Assembly: GCA_965206445.1 (NCBI GenBank)
Contig: CBDBJR010000002.1
Span: 2,417,469-2,481,468 of the forward strand
Source of the DNA: Candidatus Poriferihabitaceae bacterium
GTDB lineage: Bacteria > Pseudomonadota > Gammaproteobacteria > Arenicellales > Poriferihabitantaceae
Length of the DNA stretch: 64,000 nt
Direction of reading: 5' to 3'
Part shown: one piece after another, positions 59,101-62,100 of the stretch
Layout of the letters: the number at the start of each line of letters is the position of its first letter
Position numbering within the stretch: the first letter of the stretch is position 1
Translations under genes and position numbers: made by a program
The notes under the pieces: model-generated
The model's database searches: none
Told to the model about the DNA's origin: nothing
The model's input: only the letters and a program-made list of their open reading frames with translations

Positions 59101-62100
59101 AGCGCGACCGTGGCGGTGGTGGTGCGCGCGGCGCCGGACAGCGTGCGGCTGAGCGGGTTAAACGTCAGCCCCGGCAGCACCGCCGCCAGCGCGGCGCCGT
59201 CGGCGCCGGTCAGCGTGTAGCGCGCGTCGCCGCGCAGGTTGTCGGCCGCCGGCAGCAGCAGCGCGGTGGCGGTGCCGACCGCCAGGGTGGCGTCGTCCGG
59301 GGCGCGCAGGTCGGGCCCGATGACGGCGACCACCAGCGTGGCGACCGCGGTGCCGACGGTGTCGCGGGCGGTGTAGCGCAGCGTGACCGGGGCGATGCCG
59401 ACGCTGGGCACGCCGGACAGAAACCGGCTGGCCGGGTCAAAGGTCAGGCCGGGCACGACCGCGGCCAGCGCTTCGCCGGCGGGGCCGGTCAGCGTGTAGA
59501 CGACGGGGCCGATGGTGCTGTCCGCGGGCGCCGCGGGCAGGGTCAGCGGCACCAGCGCCTCAAGGGTGGCGAAGGTCTGCGGCGGCAGCGTCGGCGGCAG
59601 CAGCGGGCCGGGGACGGTGACGGTGAAGCGCCGGGCGGCCACGCCGGTGTCGTCGGTGGCGGTGTAGCGCAGCAGCACCGGCGCGGCGCCGGTGCCGTGG
59701 GTCGGGGTGCCGGACAGGATGCGGCTGACCGGGTCAAACGTCAGCCCCGGCAGCGCACTGGCCAACGTGGCGCCGACGGCGGTGGTCAGGGCGTAGACCG
59801 GCAGGCCGGTGGCGGCCCGGCCCGGCGGCAGCGTCAGCGGGGGGATGGCGACGCCCAGCGGCCAGATCTGGTCGGCGATGGCGGTCAGCTGCGGGCCGGT
59901 GATGGCGATGGTGAAATTGGCGGAGACGACTGCGTTCGGGCTGGTGGCCAGGTAGAGCAGGTCGACCGGCGCGGTGCCGACGGTCGGGGTACCGGACAGG
60001 ATGCGGCGCACCGGGTCAAACGTCAGCCCCGGCAGCGCGGCCAGGTCGACGCCGTTGGGGCCGGTCAGGCGGTAGACCGGCAGGCTGATGCCGACGGCGG
60101 GCGGCAGCGTCAGCGGGGTGATCGGGCGCTCCACCGGGAAGCGCTGGTTGGCCGGCGCGGTCAGCGTGGCGCCGGCGTTGACGATGACGGTGAACACCGT
60201 GGCGACGCTGCCGGCGTCGTCGGTGACGGTGTAGGTGAGGCTGACCGGGCCGGGGGTGGCGGCGGTCGGGGTGCCGGACAGCAGGCGGCTGTCGGCGGTG
60301 AAGGTCAGCCCCGGCAGGACGGTGTCAACGGCGGCGCCGGCGGTGCCGGTCAGGCTGTAGGTGGCGGTGCCGGTGGTGGCGGTGGCCGCCGGCAGCGGCG
60401 CCAGGGCGAGCGGTCGGCCGCGGCGCAGGGTCTGGTTGGCCGGTGTGCTCAGGCGCGGCGCGGCGGCGTTGACGGCAATGGTGAAGGTGACCGCGGCGGT
60501 GCCGACGGTGTCGGTGGCGGTGTAGGTCAGCCGCACCGGGGCGGCGGTGGCGGCGGTCGGGGTGCCGGTCAGGGTGCGGCTGGCGGGGGCAAACGTCAGC
60601 CCCGGCACGGCGACCGCCAGCGCGGCGGATGGGCCGGTCAGGCTGTAGGTGGCGGCGCCGTTGAGGTTGGCGGCGGCCGGCAGCACCCGGCTGCTGAGCG
60701 CCTGGTCGACCGGGACGGCCAGCGACGGCGGCGCGCTCAGGCTCGGCCCGGTGGCGCTGACGGTGACGCGGAAGGTGGCGGCGGCGGTGCCAACGGTGGT
60801 GCTGTCGGTGGCGGTGCCGGTGGTGTTGGTGGCGCGGTAGGTCAGCGTCAGCGGCGTGACGGCGGCGATCGGGGTGCCGGACAGGGTGCGCTCGACGGGG
60901 TTGAAGACCAGCCCCGGCACGGTGTCCGCCAGCGCGGCGTCGGCTGGCCCGGTCAGGCTGTAGGTCACCGCCGGGCCGACGGCGTTGGTGGCCGCCGGCA
61001 GGGTCAGCGCCGGCAGCAGCGCGCTGCCGACCACCCAGCTTTGCGCCGGCGGCGCGGTCAGCCGCAGGCCGATGGTGGTGACGGTGAAGGTGACGGTGGC
61101 GATGCCGTTGTCGCCGCCGACGGTGTAGCGCAGCGTGACCGGGCCGACGACGGCGGTCGGGGTGCCGGACAGGATGCGGCTGGTGGGGTCAAAGGTCAGC
61201 CCCGGCAGCGCGGCCTGGGCGTCCAGCCCGTAGCTGGGCGAGCCGTCCAGGCCGGTGGCCGCCGGCAGCGTCAGCGGGGTAATCGCGGCGCCGAGCGGGT
61301 AGATCTGGTTCGGCGGCGCACTCAGGCCCGGCCCGCGCGGGGCGACATTGATGGTGAAGCCGACGGCGGCGGCGCTGGTGTCGTCGGCGACGCGCCAGGT
61401 CAGCGTGCGCGGGCCGGCGGTGGCGGCGGTCGGGGTGCCGGACAGGATGCGCCCGGCGGCGGTGAAGGTCAGCCCCGGCAGCGCGCTCAGGTCGAGGCGG
61501 TAGACCGGGGCGCCGTCAAAGCCGCGCTCCGGCGGCACGAAGCCGCGCACCTGCGGCAGGATGACCGGGCTGATGGCGACGCCGACGGTGTAGCTCTGGT
61601 TGTCCGGCGCCGGCAGCTGTGGGCCGGTGACGGTGACGGCAAACGTGACTGGGACGGTGATGAACGGGTCGGTGGCGCTGTAGGTCAGCGTCAGCGGGCC
61701 GACCGCGGCGGTCGGGGTGCCGGACAGGATGCGCCGGGCGGCGTCAAACGTCAGCCCCGGCAGCGCACTCAGGTCGAGGCCGTTGGTGGTCAGGCGGTAG
61801 CTGACCGGGCCGTCGGTGACGGTGGCGTCCGGCAGGGTCAGGTTGGTAATCGCGACGCCGACCGGGTAGGTCTGCTCTGCCGGCGCACTCAGCAGCAGCC
61901 CGGTGGCGTCGAGCGCAAAGGTGACGCGGGCGGTGCCAACGATGTCGGTGGCGGTGTAGGTCAGCGTCACCGGGTCGGGAATGTCCATGGTCGGGGTGCC
62001 GGACAGCGTGCGCTCGGCGGCGTCAAACGTCAGCCCCGGCACGGTGGTTGCCAGCGTGGCGCCGGCGGTGCCGGTCAGCGTGTAGGCCGTGTCGCCGGTG